Positions 24,764 through 38,833 of a DNA stretch of 64,000 nucleotides are shown here, in pieces; position 1 is the stretch's first letter; each line of letters begins with the position of its first letter. The notes beneath the pieces are model-generated. The model was not told the DNA's origin. It worked only from the letters and a program-made list of their open reading frames with translations, and searched no databases. The stretch lies in assembly GCF_009914755.1 (NCBI RefSeq), contig NC_060941.1; one strand, given 5' to 3'. The stretch comes from the human T2T-CHM13v2.0 reference genome, Homo sapiens. The position numbers were made by a program, and so were the translations under genes.

Positions 24764-25167
24764 TGAGGAGAGAGGCCATTTCTCTTACTGTCCCCTGTCT
24801 CCAAAGAAAAGGAGGAAGTAAAAACTGAAAAATAACAGACTGATCGGCACCACTGGCCAGGCCTGTAGGTTAAAGATTAACCCCCACCCTAACTGCTTGT
24901 GCTATCTATAGATCACAGACAATGGTATGGAGAAATACTTGCCTTGCTCACCACCCCCACATAGTCACATACCACATGCTTGCTCAATCTATCATGACCC
25001 TTTCACGTTGACCCCTAGAATTGTAAGCCCTTAAAAGGGCCAGGAACTCTTTCTTCAGGGAGCTTCGTTCTTGAGACACAAGTCTGCTGATGCTCCCAGC
25101 CAAATAAATCCTCTTCCTTCTTTAACCCGGTTTCTGAGGGGTTTTGTCTGAGGCTCGTCCTGCTACA
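24764..25167 (+). mobile_element. 3' LTR, LTR2 family
   Basis: TG start after the PPT, CCCTTAAAAGGG TATA region, AATAAA near 25103, ends GGCTCGTCCTGCTACA. Confidence 0.88.
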
Positions 25168-26460
25168 CTTCTAGTATTTTTATAGTGTTGGGTGTTTTGT
25201 TTAAGACTTCAATACATTTTGAGTTGATTTTTGTATATCATGAGAAATAGGGATCTAGTTTCTTTCTTTTGGATAGGGATATCCAGTTCTAGCACCATTT
25301 CTTGAAGAGAGTGTTAATTTCTCAATCTATGTTCTTGGTGCCCTTGTTGAAAATCAGTTAGCTGTAAATATCTGGGTTTATTTCTGAGTCATTACTCTGT
25401 TCCATTCATCTATGTGTCTGTTTTCATACCAATACCATACTGTTTTGTTTACCATAGACCTGTAAGGTATTGTGATGCCTCCAGCTTTATTCTTTTTGCT
25501 TAATATTGCTGTGACTATTTGAGATCTTTTATGGTTCTATACAAATTTTAGGATTTTTTTTTTTCATTTTGTGAAGAATGTCATTGGTATTTTGATAGAG
25601 ATTGCCTCAAATCTGTAGATCTCTTTGGGTAGTACAGATATTTTAGCATATTAATTCATCCAGTTTATAAATATGAGATGTCTTTCCAAGTTTTTGTGTC
25701 TTCATTTCATTAGAGTTTTATAGTTTTATTTGTAGAGATATTTCCTGGGTAAATTTATTCCTAGGTATCTTATTTTTTGGAGTTGTTATAAATGGAATTG
25801 CTTTATTTCCTTTTCAGCTAGTTTTCTGTTGAAATATAGAAACACTACTGATTTTTGCATTTTGATTTTACATCCTACAACTTAGCTGAATTTGTTTATC
25901 ACTTCTATGAGTTTTTTTGATTGAATCTTTACTCTTTTTCCATATATCAGGTCATGTCATATGCAAATGGGTGTCCTTTATTTATTTTTCTTGCGTAATT
26001 GCTATGGAAGTTCTAGGTTAGGACGTCCAGTACTATCTTAAATAAGAATGATAAAAGTGATCATCCTTTCTGTTCTAATTCATACAGAAAAAGCTTTCAG
26101 CTTTTTCCTAATCTGTTTTTTTTTTTCTTTTTTGCTGTGGGTTTTTTTACATATGGCCTTACTGTGTTAAGGTATATTCCTTCTATATCTAAGTTGTTGT
26201 GAGTTTTTATCATGGAGAAGGGATGTTGAATTTTATCAAATACATTTTTCTGTGTCTATTGAGATGATTATTTGGTTTTTATCCTTCATTCTGTTAATGT
26301 GGTGTATCACATTTATTGTTTTATGTATGTTGAACCATCCTTGCATCCACGTTAATCATGTTGTATAAATTTTTAATGTGCTTTTGGATTCAATTTACTA
26401 ATAGAGGCATTTGGAGCTGTAAATTTCCCTCTAACCCTAGTTTAGCTATATCCCATATAC
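25168..26460 (-). mobile_element. Old L1M ORF2 fragment (host of the HERV-E insertion)
   Basis: Antisense ORF2: gtgatgcctccagcttt, gtgaagaatgtcattggt, ttgaaccatccttgcatcc. Confidence 0.85.
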
Positions 26461-27345
26461 TTTGCTGTTTTCTCAGTCTTCAAACAATGAAAAATAGGAG
26501 AAGAAAATAACTGGATAAATTATTCATTCTCCCTCCTGTACTAATCAAGGAATCTGACCCTCAGTGATACAATGTAGTACATTCTGAAAATCTTAGTGGG
26601 TAAAAAACTAAGCTATGGTTGTATTTGCTTGAAAACTTACAGCTAACGATGAAACAGATGCCCTATTGGTTTTTCCTTCTTCTTTGGTATCTCTTTATCT
26701 CTACTCTTGTTGCACTTGACACTCCAATAAAACGTTACCCTATAATTGCTATATCAGGATCATCTGTGTTCTGAAAGACCCATGCTAAGACGTACATGGC
26801 AATCACAATGTATACGTTTGCTAAGAGTCCTTAAATGTTATGTCCATTAACCATGTGGAAAATTGGAGTATTATCATAGATTTAAATCTTTAATTCAATA
26901 TCAGAAACCAAAAAAAGAAAACAGTTATTCTACTATCTCAATGCAGCTGGTATCTGTGCTCTCCTCTACATGTCTACAAATTCTACCTAGGTTTACAAAT
27001 TGTCTCTTGTTTCATCTTATCTGGACAGGCTTATTAGCTTTCTAAACAGGGTGCCACCTCCAGATATACCATTTTCAAACTCTGCAATAATGATTTTTTT
27101 AAAAAAATTGATTCATATTATCTTACTTCATAACAATAACTTTCTATCTTTTTGATAAGTGTTGTCCATTTTCATTTTTTTGGTCATTTTAATCTATAAT
27201 TTATACTAATATATAATTGAAATTGGTTCAATGGATAAAATCCAGATATACCTTAGTTTATGACCAGTTTATGGGATTTTAAGAAAAAAATTATGACTGT
27301 ATCCTATTCTCACTTTCAGAATCTATCCATGAATATCTCAGTACT

Positions 27346-27665
27346 CAATATACGTATATATTATTTATATATAAATATAGATATATAATATATATATTAT
27401 AAATATATATTATGTGTATTGAGTACTGAGATATTAACGAACTCATATTTATTCATTCATATATTTATTCATTCATATATTTATTCATAATATATGAATT
27501 TATTCATAATATATGTTTATGTATATATATTCATCCATTGATGTTATTTATATATATAAATGTAATAAATATAAACAATATATGTGTAAAAACTTAGTAC
27601 TGAGGTATTCATGGGTAGATTCTGAAATATAAATTTATATTATATATAATGTAAATATAATACAT
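27346..27665. repeat. AT-rich low-complexity tract within nested inverted repeats
   Basis: TA-rich runs and CATATATTTATTCATT-type tandem units. Confidence 0.85.
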
Positions 27666-30024
27666 CTGTGTGTATTCATAAATGAACCTGCTATCTCTCT
27701 GCACTCATTTTTTACTGCTTCCCGAATCTGTGCTATAATCTCGTCTTTCTGAAGTAAATTATTTCTCTATATGTGCCAGATACATGCTATAAACATTCAC
27801 AATTGTTCTATTCTCATTTACTATTTTTTGCTTAGAACATCCTCCATGGATGAATTTATCTGGCCAAGCTCTGTTCACTTTTTAAGGCGTAGCATAAATA
27901 TCAAACTCCAAACACAATTTTTCCCTCTTCCTTATCCTGAGATTGTTATTCTTTGAGGTCTCTTAGGGCTATGGACATAGGTCTTCCATCACATTGCATA
28001 TACCCATCTCTCTTTCAACTGTGAGATTCTTGAAGGCAGAAACCATGTCCCATGTCCCATGTGCCTCTCTGTGCCCCGAGTTTAAAAAGTTACTTGGCAA
28101 AAAGAATCACTAAAATGTTATTGAATTAAATTGATTCCTTGCTATAAAACACACATTGTTATAGAGAATGGGCTGTAGGTATTACTGTAAAATTTCAAGC
28201 ATAAAGCACATAAAATGAAGGCACATTTGTCGTCATTAGACAAAATAGATAAATCTTTAAATATATACTCAAAAGTAGCTATCTTGCCACATTTCTCATA
28301 GCTTTAAAGGAGAAGATTGCTTAAACACTGGAAGACAATATAATGGAGAGATGTTCCACACTTTGGATTCCATTTATGCTTGGTAGTTGAAGATAAACCA
28401 CTGGAAAAAATGGTGGTAATGATAATAAAATCATTGAGCCTAAAATGACTTGTGTGTATGAATTCAAAAGCCACAGGGCCTTTTTCTCCAATGATTCAAG
28501 TGAACAAAAGACACTCTGATATGCTGCATAGTTTACCTTCTAATTTTTTTAAAGTCTAAGAATCTATCATGGTGGCTGAAGTATAAAGATTTTAAAAAAA
28601 TGATAGGCAGCCTTTAATGTAATTTTTAATACTATATTCTATGTCCTCTGACTTCAAAATTGTAGCACATTTTACACAACATTATCAGTGATACCAGATC
28701 ACAGAATACTTTTGAAATAAGCATATCTTCGTACTGTTTACATTTTTAAATCCCTTTAAGTACTACTATGGGATATAAAAATGCACTGCAATTCCTTTAT
28801 AGCTATATAAATGCTGTGGGTTGAATTGTCCAAATTGTGTACATCTCAACTACTTGATGTGAAATGTGTGCTGTTTATTTCTGTAGAATAAAAAACAAGG
28901 TAAATATTAACTCAATTTTTTTGTTTTACTGTTACAGGTAACAACAAATTCATTTCTCTTCAAACTGAAATAAATAGTTTTGAGAAAATACTTTTCAGTT
29001 TTGGGTTTAAAGAAAAACATATTAATGAAATATTAACAGAATATGATTACTGTCTATATGTTAAAATTTATATGTTACAAGAAGGGCATGTTCAAAGGTT
29101 AAAAATAGCTTGAGTGGAAATTTTAAATGAAGTTTTCTCTTCATAGTTAGAAACTAGAGAGTTGAAAGAGATCTACACAAGTAAAAAGTCACTTATTTTG
29201 TTGTACTATGCTTCTATATTTAGTTATGTCTAGGTATACATATACACAAGTCTAACATATACATATAAATACACGTATGTGTGTGCGTATCTGTGTGTTT
29301 TATAGTTAATGATATATTTTGCAGATCTGAGAAAAATGGGCTGCTAGAGCCAATGGGATAGTAAAAATGTCAGAGAAAGGGGAACAATTTTGGAAACATT
29401 ATGAGAGAGGCAACTTGGAGACAACAAGAACAGAGAATGGGATTTGGGATTAAGTTCGTTTTTAATGAGAGTATTCTCTACCACCTCCCAGTGGAATCAT
29501 CAGAAAACTCAAGATCACTAGATACCCTTTGGGAGTAATTGAATTTTTAATGTTATCTGTAATAAGTGTTTTGTTTTATTTCAGTGTTAATGTGTGTAAA
29601 AACAGAGGTGGCTTGCTAAATCAGCCCTCAGTATTAAAATTCATTCATGTCTTCAGCAAATGCCATTGAAGGCATACCCCATGCCAGCCATTCATTGATT
29701 GGCTGTGATAATATGTTGATGAGCCAGATATCATCCGACTTCAAGGGGCCCTCGACATGTGCCTGGCTGTGGAAACATATTCCATGTGTGTACAGACAAA
29801 TTAATTACAAAGGAGAATGATAAGGGTCAATAAACTCAAAGGCTCCAGGTGCCCTGCATACACATAGACCAGGCATATATCCTAGTTTGGGGATGTGTCT
29901 CAATTCTTTGAAAAAACTTAAAGCCTGGTTTTATTACACAATTTGATTTTGAAATTCTTAATTACTCACTGAATATAAATATATACCAAATTATGAATTA
30001 TTTAGTTTTCATGCATGGAAACAC

Positions 30025-30262
30025 ATTGTAGAAAGAACATGGACATTGATGTTAGACACTTATAATTCTAGATCTCCCTAACTTGTTAATATGTAGGTAT
30101 TAACACACAGGTTAATATGTAGGAAATTAACTCACCAATCTGTTTCCTCTCCTGCAAAGCAAAGCTAATGTAAACTTTGTAGGTTGTGATTATCAGACAT
30201 GTAAGGCAGCTAATGCAGTGCCTGGTACTGTCTAATAAGCATTTGGTAAATGGGAGTTATTG
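30025..30262 (+). mobile_element. MIR SINE
   Basis: tagaaagaacatggac...tctgtttcctc...gcagtgcctgg motifs. Confidence 0.6.
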
Positions 30263-31679
30263 CAGAACTTTGCAGATGTTTTAATAGGCAAGTGTCATTG
30301 TGAATTTCAAAGAGTGGTCTAGAGTTTATGGTACTTCCCCAACTTAATTCATTTAAAGAATATCAATTAAAATTTTGTCAAACACAAAATATGAGGCTGC
30401 TTGTTTTCTTTAGGAGTAAAGCAGCCCAAAGGACTATAACATCAGAACTTATTGACCACACACTTGCCCTATCAATTTTTAAAAAATCAACATAACGTGA
30501 ATGCAGTTTTCATAGATGAAAAATTTCATAATAATTGTAAACAAAGACAAGGTGTTACCATATTGTGGGATATTTTATGTATAAGTAATTATGCTCTGTA
30601 ATATTTTACAGCCCATTTAAACATTTTATATGTTAATATCATTTTTAAATGCTGACTTCTAAAAAACTGGCTGTATAATATGCTGGCACTTTGCTACCTC
30701 CGCATTCGTTCTGAATTAATGTACTTCAGAAATTCATTTGGAAGACATAACTGCATCTTTATCTCTAACATATTTTAATTGGTTATAACAACTAAACATA
30801 ACAGATACCACCAAAAATAAATAACTTTATCCTGCATCATTATTGTTGTTGCTGTTGTTCTGATTAAATGATCTTCTTACTTTAAGTATACTTTAAGTAT
30901 TTTATGGTAACTTCTTGGCAGTCATAACTTTCTGAGGAAGAGAAAGCAAATTCATAATTATTATCTAACGTGAAATACTAGAAAGTGAGGCTGATAGTTC
31001 AGAAACGTGTTTTGCTTTTGTCATATTGTTATTTTTCCCCTTTGGTGTTGGCTTAACCAGTTTGGCCAAATGCTGAGCTTTTTCCAAGCCAACAGTCCCA
31101 AAATATAACCTGGTGAACAGTTGCCAGTCTGTCAGTCTTCCAGTCCAGAACCAACTTAATAACAACAATCCAGGCAAACCATCCCCTTCTCAAGCAGGAG
31201 ACTCTGTGGGTTCTTCATTTCACAAATGTCAATGCCAGCTTGGCCCTCTAATCTCTCCCCTCATATGGCTGTCTCTCTGATGGACCTTGTTTAATTAGCT
31301 ATTTGCCTATTTCTCCTCTGTCCTGAACACTTTATTGGAGAGGATTTCTGTAGCCTCCCAAGTGCTCAAATAACGGTTTTCAGCCACTGTTCATTGAGAC
31401 CCCATTATCCTTCCCAAGCCCAGTTGGAGCTAAATCAGGCAAGACCTGGGGTTAGCTACTTTGTATTGGCTTTCCAAGTGCATATCTTATGTATTAGAGA
31501 TGCATATTTTAGTGCAAATTTTAGTGCAAACTCAGATGCAAATTTTAGTGCAAATCTACGATTCTTTTAGCAATTTAGCCTGAAGCAATAATGGGATAAG
31601 TGTGCAATTATCCAAATGAAGTAATCACAAGTGTATGACTCATAATTGCACTGTTTATATTTATGAACATTTAAAACTA

Positions 31680-31880
<201 letters not shown>

Positions 31881-32835
31881 TTAAGAATAATTAGGTACAT
31901 TTTTATTGAACTGAATATATTTTCAATATACATTTTTATTAAAAAAGTTATAAAATATGTACAAAATGAAGATATATCAATAAAAATGAAACACACATAT
32001 TTATATGTGTGTATATGTGTGTATGTACGCATATATATACACACACATGAGATTAGACACCACAACGGTACTAGTGTTTATATCAAGGTAGTAGGATTAT
32101 ATGTGAATTTTACAAATTTTTTTTCAGATTTGTATTTTTTACCATGAACATTAATTACTTGTGTAATATTAACTTATGTAATACTTTAGAACTTTTAATC
32201 ATGTTCCTATTCTTCTTTCTCAAAATATTTTATAAAAGATCACAAACTCAAACTATTCTCCACATCCCACTTTTGCTGGCACCCCATTTCTCTTTCCTTT
32301 ATTTAGACCTAATCCTCTTAGAATACCTGTCCTTTTTTTTTCCATTTCCTTACTTTTAAAGCAGTTTTCAAATTGTTCTAATCACCATATTCCATTGAAG
32401 TTCTTGATGAAAGTGATCAATAAATATTTGTGGCTAAATATATGTAATTAAAAATAATTTCTTGAGTCTCTTGGCCTCAGTGCATTGTTGACCCCTCTCC
32501 CCCAAACAGGTGCTTCTATGACATCCTAAACTTTCACATCACAGCATGCGTGAAACTTGAATTGATTGTTTAATTTTCTCCCCTCCAATTGAACCATAAG
32601 ATCCATAAAGGAAAGATACAATCAACTTGATTCTTAATAGTAGGCCCTAGCCCAGTGTCTCATATATACTAGGTGACCAACACATATATATCAACTAAAC
32701 TAATGAATAAATAAACAATATATTGTTTAAAAAGAACATGATCATCCTGAAATGATATCTTGTCATTGATATTCTATTCTAGTTTCAGGAATCTAAATAA
32801 TTTAAATGTTACCCTTCTCAAAGAAGACCCTATAA

Positions 32836-33357
32836 CAGTTGTCCCTTTTGGCACCAAGGACCGATTTCATGAAAGACAATTTTTTCCACAAGATGGGGTG
32901 GGGCAGTGGATTGTTTCGGAATGATTCAAGCACATTACATGCATTACATTTATTGTGCACTTTATTTCTATTATTATTACATTGTAATATATAATGAAAA
33001 ATTGTACAACTCACCGTAATGTAGAATCTGTGAGAGCCCTGAGCTTATTCTGCTGCAACTAGACAGTCTCATCTAGGGGTGATGAGAGACAGTGAAAGAT
33101 CATCAGGCATTAGATCCTCATAAGGAGCATGCAACCTAGATCCCTCACATGCACAGTTCACAATAGGGTTCACACTCCTATGAGAATCTAATGCCACTGT
33201 TGATGTGACAGGAATCCTCCTGCCAGAGGATCTCAGGCTGTAACGCCAGCAGTGGGGAGTGGCTATAAATATAGATGAAGCTTTACTCCCTGGCCTGCCA
33301 CTCACCTCCTGCTATGCAGCCTGTCCATGGCCTGGGGCCTGGAACCTGGGGACCCTG
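32836..33357 (+). mobile_element. MER1A hAT-Charlie non-autonomous DNA transposon
   Basis: CAG...CTG termini, internal ggcattaga..ctcataaggag / ctcctatgagaatctaatgcc inverted pair, imperfect 8-bp TSD CCCTATAA/ACCTATGA. Confidence 0.88.
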
Positions 33358-34808
33358 ACCTATGAGATAAGAAAACAGGGTTCAGAGATTTTTACTGGAA
33401 AGTAGGTACAGTGAAGTCTAGTTTTACTACAGCTTAATAGAGAGAGGAAACTCAGCCTCAGAAGGGATATATCAATTTTCTAAAATCACTGGTAGAAATA
33501 GTAAAGAATTTGGTTGGTTTCCCTCTCCCATTCCCAATCTGTGCTCCTATCAATCAAATATGTTACATAAGCTTAACCCATGCACCAGAAGATGGAAAAA
33601 CAACAACAAAAACACAGGGCTGTTGAGATTTATTGAACATAGATCACATCAAAGACATATAGCTGCAAAGAATCTAATTAAAATTTGTTATTTCAGCTGG
33701 TCAGCCATATTCTTTCTGTACAATTAGGGGTTGTGATTTTATTTAAACCAAGTTCCAATACTCCCTCCCACTCCCAGGTCACTGACAGAGCAGCACTTGG
33801 CAATTGGGAGGAGAATATAGACAACACTTCCCTCAGCATTCTTTCTGGGATGGCTGTTTGGGCTAAAATAGCAGCCTCTGCTTCACATATGTTATATCTG
33901 TCTATATATTTAACTGCTGCAGAGAGGGATTTCCTCTTTATGATTTGAATGTTAGCTGATTATTGAGTATGGAAGAAATGGTGCTCTCTGGAGTAACTAT
34001 ACCTATTTTTCCCATGTGACACATGTGCTTGGACTGATGATCTTTCAGTCTTCTTTAATGGGTTTCTCAAACAAGCATTATAAAGTGAAAAGAAAAGTGC
34101 ATTTGGCTTTCTTCAAAATTCTAGCAATTTGTTCTATGGCACAGAGTGTATAGAGCGAAATGCTATGAATAATAGGACTCTATTCATTCAAGATGAAAGC
34201 AGGATTAGAGTTTTGTTCTCTGACTGTACCTCTGTTACTTAGATTGCTAAGAAAAGCTTTATTTGTTAAATGTAGAATTCATAAAGATAATGTTTACTAA
34301 TTCAATATAATTCATAAATAGGAGTGTAATCCATTCTGTCCTCATTGTACATGAAGGGAAGATTCTCTGCACAGGAAGCTCACACTTACATTAAGACAAC
34401 TATGGACTTGGCCTTGAAAATAAAATAACTTATGTTCTCTAAATCATCATAGTGTTTGTTTATATCATTATTAACTATTTGACCATAACAATTTATAAAG
34501 GCAAAGGGACTGTTTTCATTTAGTAACAATTTAGATTACAGGTAGACAATGCCAAATCCTCGTTTTTGTTGTTGTTTTTGTTTTGTTTTGTTTTTAAGAA
34601 AACTGTTTATTCTTTTTTAATGACAAGAAACTGGTTGAATGACAGAAATGTTTTCCTTCAACGGGTCAAACAACACCATCTATTGTAATATAGTTAACAC
34701 TGGGTCTCCCTTTCAATGGAATATGACACAGAATTTCACACACTCTTAGGAAGAAAGAAAAGATAACCTTCTTCATATTGTTCAGCATCTTTCTTTATGT
34801 TAGGCACT

Positions 34809-35166
34809 TGTATTAGTCCATTTTCACACTGCTATAAAGATACTACTGGAGGCTGGGTAATTTATAAACAAAGGAGGTTTAATTGACTCACAGTTCCACA
34901 GGCTGGGGAGGCCTCAGGAAATTTACAATCATGGCGGAAGGGGAAGCAGGCACCTTCTTCACAAGATGGCAGGAGAAAGAGGGAGGAGTGCAGGGGAAAG
35001 CACAACTTATAAAACCATCAGATCTGATAAGAACTCACTGTCACAAGAACAGCATGGAGGAAACTGCCCCCATAATCCAATCATCTCCCATTAGGTGCCT
35101 CCCTCAACACATGAGAATGACAATTAGAGATGAGATCAGGTGCGGACACAAAGCCAAACCATATCA
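34809..35166 (-). mobile_element. THE1 (THE1D-like) solo MaLR LTR
   Basis: TGTATTAGTCC...AAACCATATCA with perfect 5-bp TSD GCACT. Confidence 0.92.
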
Positions 35167-36775
35167 GCACTGTACTAGACAGGGTGCCTTACTTTAGCTC
35201 ATGTAATGTTCTTAATAATATATTAAATAGGCATTATTAACCCTGCTTTTCAGATGAACAATTTGAAGTTCAGTAAAGTTATCAGCCAACATTGCCCATT
35301 TAGTAAGTGGTAAGGAAACACACAGAAACACACATACATACACACATTTCTTCCTTTTAACTGGAAAATTTGTTGTCTTTGGACTACACAGGTTTTAACT
35401 TAGGGCCACACTAAAGATAAAATACAGGGAAGGAGAAAGAAACATACTTAATGTGAATGCGCAGGGGAAAAAACAGAACAATGAAAGCCTTTATATAAAT
35501 GGTTTCACTTTGTTACATAGTCTGACTTTCTAATAAGTGTTCCAGTGGGTCACCACCCTCTGCAGAAGCTCCTGAGCTGGATGTGTAAGCTTGATGTTAA
35601 AAACAGGGTGAGGAAGTGACACAGCATTAATCACTAATCAACTTCTTTTGCTCCTGCCTTTTCTTCTTGTTTATCATTATATTATTTCTGCTATGAATTT
35701 TTTTATATTGTTATTTTTAATGTAATATTTTATCTCCTGAGGGTATTATAGACTGTTGTAAAAAATCTTTTATTCTGCTCTCTGTATTGTCTCTGTTTCT
35801 CACAAGCTCATTTGTTTTACATTGGAGAATTTCCTCCAATGTATGTTGATCCTTGGCTGATGGTGCATGGTTCAGAGTAAAACATAAAAGCTGAAATGAA
35901 ATTGGCAGGAGGACACACTAATGAGGGCACTCATTGTGTACCTAAGTCAACTAGAGAGTGATTAGATAGTAACTGGTATTTTTTTTTTTATTGGAAGGCC
36001 TTTCCACAATTGAATATCTATAAGCATTTAATTTTGGGCCTGAGCCTGAGGGTAATCTTCACCTCTGGAGGTAGACATAGTGTAATCCTGGATGCTAGTG
36101 TTTTTTTTTTTTTTTTCAGCTCAATAAAGAGAAAGAGGCTATAGTAGTTCTCAGCACTATGCACATTGACTTTCAAACATTTCGTTGTTATCAGCATGGT
36201 ATATCTTCTCTATTCTCAGCTGTCCAAACATCTCTGCTAAGTAAACTCCATTACATTTTGGAAATGAGAATAAGTAGTCACTTGACTAGGTGGAATGGAG
36301 CAAAATATCTGGAAGTCTAATATTTATGTATCCAAGTTTTCTATGATCCTCTTTTCAGCCTTGCCTTACCTTTACATTTCAGAGATTCTTAATGGCCCTA
36401 ATCTCTGAGGCTTTCTGAGTTTAATTCAGTTTAGTTTTCCACTTTGTTGATCTCTCCCTATCCTCCTGCCAGGTTTGGATATCTGCTTTCTTCTGTCTTC
36501 TGAGTCAGTTCCTACTTATCCATCTGCTCTTAACATCCTATAACAAAGACAAGTTATCTCTAAGCAACTACGTTTTCTTCATTCCTGGACACAGAGCTGG
36601 TTTATATTTCTGAGCCTGCCTTATAGCGATGCAAATGAGTCGTGGTAATGAAACACAAGGGAGGTAATGCATGCCATGCAAAGGTCTTGTGCAGTGTGGC
36701 CTTTGACATGCAACTGCATTCTCTTTCACTCTTCCTTCTGAAATAATTTTGGAAGCCCTACATAAGATAGAGGTG

Positions 36776-37509
36776 TGCTATGGGTGAATTGTGCAATTGT
36801 GAATCGTGCCCCCTCCCCGCAGAAATATGCCGATGCCCTGTATTAGTCCATTCTTACGCTGCTGTGAAGAAATACCAGAGATTGGTAATTTATAAATAAA
36901 AGAGGTTTAATTGACTCAAGAGTTCTGCATGCCTGGGTTGGCCTTAGGAACTTACAATCATGGCAGAAGGCACCTCTGCTCAGGGTGGCAGGAGAGAGAA
37001 ATGAGTGCTGAGCAAAGGAGGAAGCCCCTTATAAAACTATCAGATCTCATGAGAACTCACTCACTATCACAAGAACAGGATGGGGGAAACTGCCGCCATG
37101 ATTCAGTTATCTCCACCTGGTCCCTCCCTTGACACGTGGGTTTATGGCAATTCAAGGTGAAATTTGGGTGGGGAAACAGAGCCAAACCATATCATGCTCT
37201 AAAACCCAGTGTGACTGTTTCGGATATAGGGACTTTAGAATGCAGTTAAGGTTAAATGAAGTCATAGGTTGGTTCCCTAATCTGATAATACTATTATTCT
37301 TATTTAAAAAATTTAAAGCACTCTCTCTCTCCACTTATGTGAGGACACAGCGCAAAGGTAGTTGCTTGCAAGCTAGGATCCTTTAACAGAACCATGCTGA
37401 TGTCCTGATCTCAAACTTCTGTCTCCATAATGGTGAGAAAATAAATTTCTGTTGTTGAAGACATGTAGTCTGTGGTATTGTGTTATGGCAGTCTGAGATG
37501 ACCAATACA
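36776..37509 (+). mobile_element. MLT1A/A0-like LTR split by THE1
   Basis: TGCTATGG...AATAAATTTCTGTTG...CCAATACA; TSD AGGTG/AGGAG. Confidence 0.8.
36839..37194 (-). mobile_element. THE1 (C/D-like) solo LTR
   Basis: TGTATTAGTCC...CCATATCA; TSD TGCCC/TGCTC. Confidence 0.9.
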
Positions 37510-38624
37510 AGGAGCCACAGATAGAAGGAGTTTGTATCTCTGAATCATTTCTTGGAGAATTGCCAGCCAAGCAGGAATATCCATTAGGACTTTGTATAAG
37601 AAAAAAAAATAGCTTCTATTGTGATGTGCCACTGAGAAATTGGAACTTACCTACCTAGTATAACAGCTCATATTACTTTAACAATTTACATTTCTCATTG
37701 CCTGTGGTCTCCTATCTATTTCTGTCATTCTTGTGGATTTTATACTTTACTATTTTATTGTCAGTTAGAGGACTTTTGAGAGGGAGGGGCAGTGAGCATG
37801 TATGTTTTATTCACTATTCACCTTGTGTTACTAAATCTATTCAGCTTATGAACTTTTAATTTTGCTTCCCTGTTTTGGCAGGGTGCTCAGACCTTAGACT
37901 TAATGAAATCCTTTGTTTTTTAGTTTGTTGATTCCTTTAGCATAATCTCTTAGACATTATCATGTATTCATTCATTTATCTCATTTCTGACTGCTTCATG
38001 ACCACACAGTATGAGTAAGCTCTAGTATACAAGATTCTATCTATGAGACACACAGTATTATCTTTCAGCTTCATTTACGATATTTACATCTGTTACATTT
38101 GGTGCACTGGAGTGAAGAGAAGGGCGTTTTATCTCCAAGATCATATTAAGTACTAGGGAATCCAATTCTGATAAGATGAAAAATAATGATTAAAATCATG
38201 TTTCCTTGGAGCATGTCTCACTCTCAGATATTAAACATTTTCTCAGTTTTTAATGTCTTCTCACAGGGGAATTTGAAGAGGTAACAAAAGATGTATGTCC
38301 TTGATTCCTACAGGATGTACCTTCATTCCTTCATACTCGTGAAGGAGAGACCACACAAAAAGAGACATCTGCTTCCCTCCCTACAGGGATTTGTATTGGG
38401 TACTGTTCTTCTTTTCTTAAAGCCTATATATTTCTTAACACCTCATGGTTTAATAGCCATGCAAACTCATAGCTTACTTACTTGTCTTCTTTGCTAGGGG
38501 AACTAATCTAATTGGGCCATACTCTTAATACTGAATGGCGTCATTTTTCCTCAAGGATAAGTAAGAAATGCACTGGTTTTCAAAGTCCATGCATCAGGTC
38601 CACCTAAACAAAGTCTCTTGGAAA

Positions 38625-38710
38625 TAGTAAAATTGGAAGGAGGCTAGGATTGTCCCTGCTCTTTTCTAGTAAAATTGGAAGGAGGCTAGGATTGTCCCTG
38701 CTCTTTTCTA
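38625..38710. repeat. Perfect 42-bp tandem duplication
   Basis: TAGTAAAATTGGAAGGAGGCTAGGATTGTCCCTGCTCTTTTC x2 followed by TA. Confidence 0.97.
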
Positions 38711-38833
38711 CTTGGGATTGACTAAATAAGTGAGTTAGAATAGGCATTTGTTCTGAATCGCTTTGTCTTCAACTCAGTAAAGCAGAAGCCAACTATGAGG
38801 CTTCTGGTCCAAGCTACATTCTCCAATCCAGCT

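Larger units (their letters stand above)
18595..25167 (+). mobile_element. HERV-E-family provirus lacking the 5' LTR and most of gag
   Basis: gag end, pro, pol, env, PPT (AAAGTGGGGAA ~24753-24763) and an LTR2-type LTR. Confidence 0.9.
36540..37690 (+). mobile_element. Old MLT1 (MLT1J-like) LTR split by MLT1A0
   Basis: Right half: gagccacagatagaaggag...ctgaatca...cttctattgtg..gccactgagaaattgg; left half degenerate; boundaries approximate. Confidence 0.55.

Noticed and set aside
35818-35843. Short hairpins with 9-10-bp arms (also 54292-54313) and a possible 12-nt inversion in MER1A at 33216-33227
   Set aside because: Short enough to arise by chance in 64 kb, or dependent on a recalled consensus.
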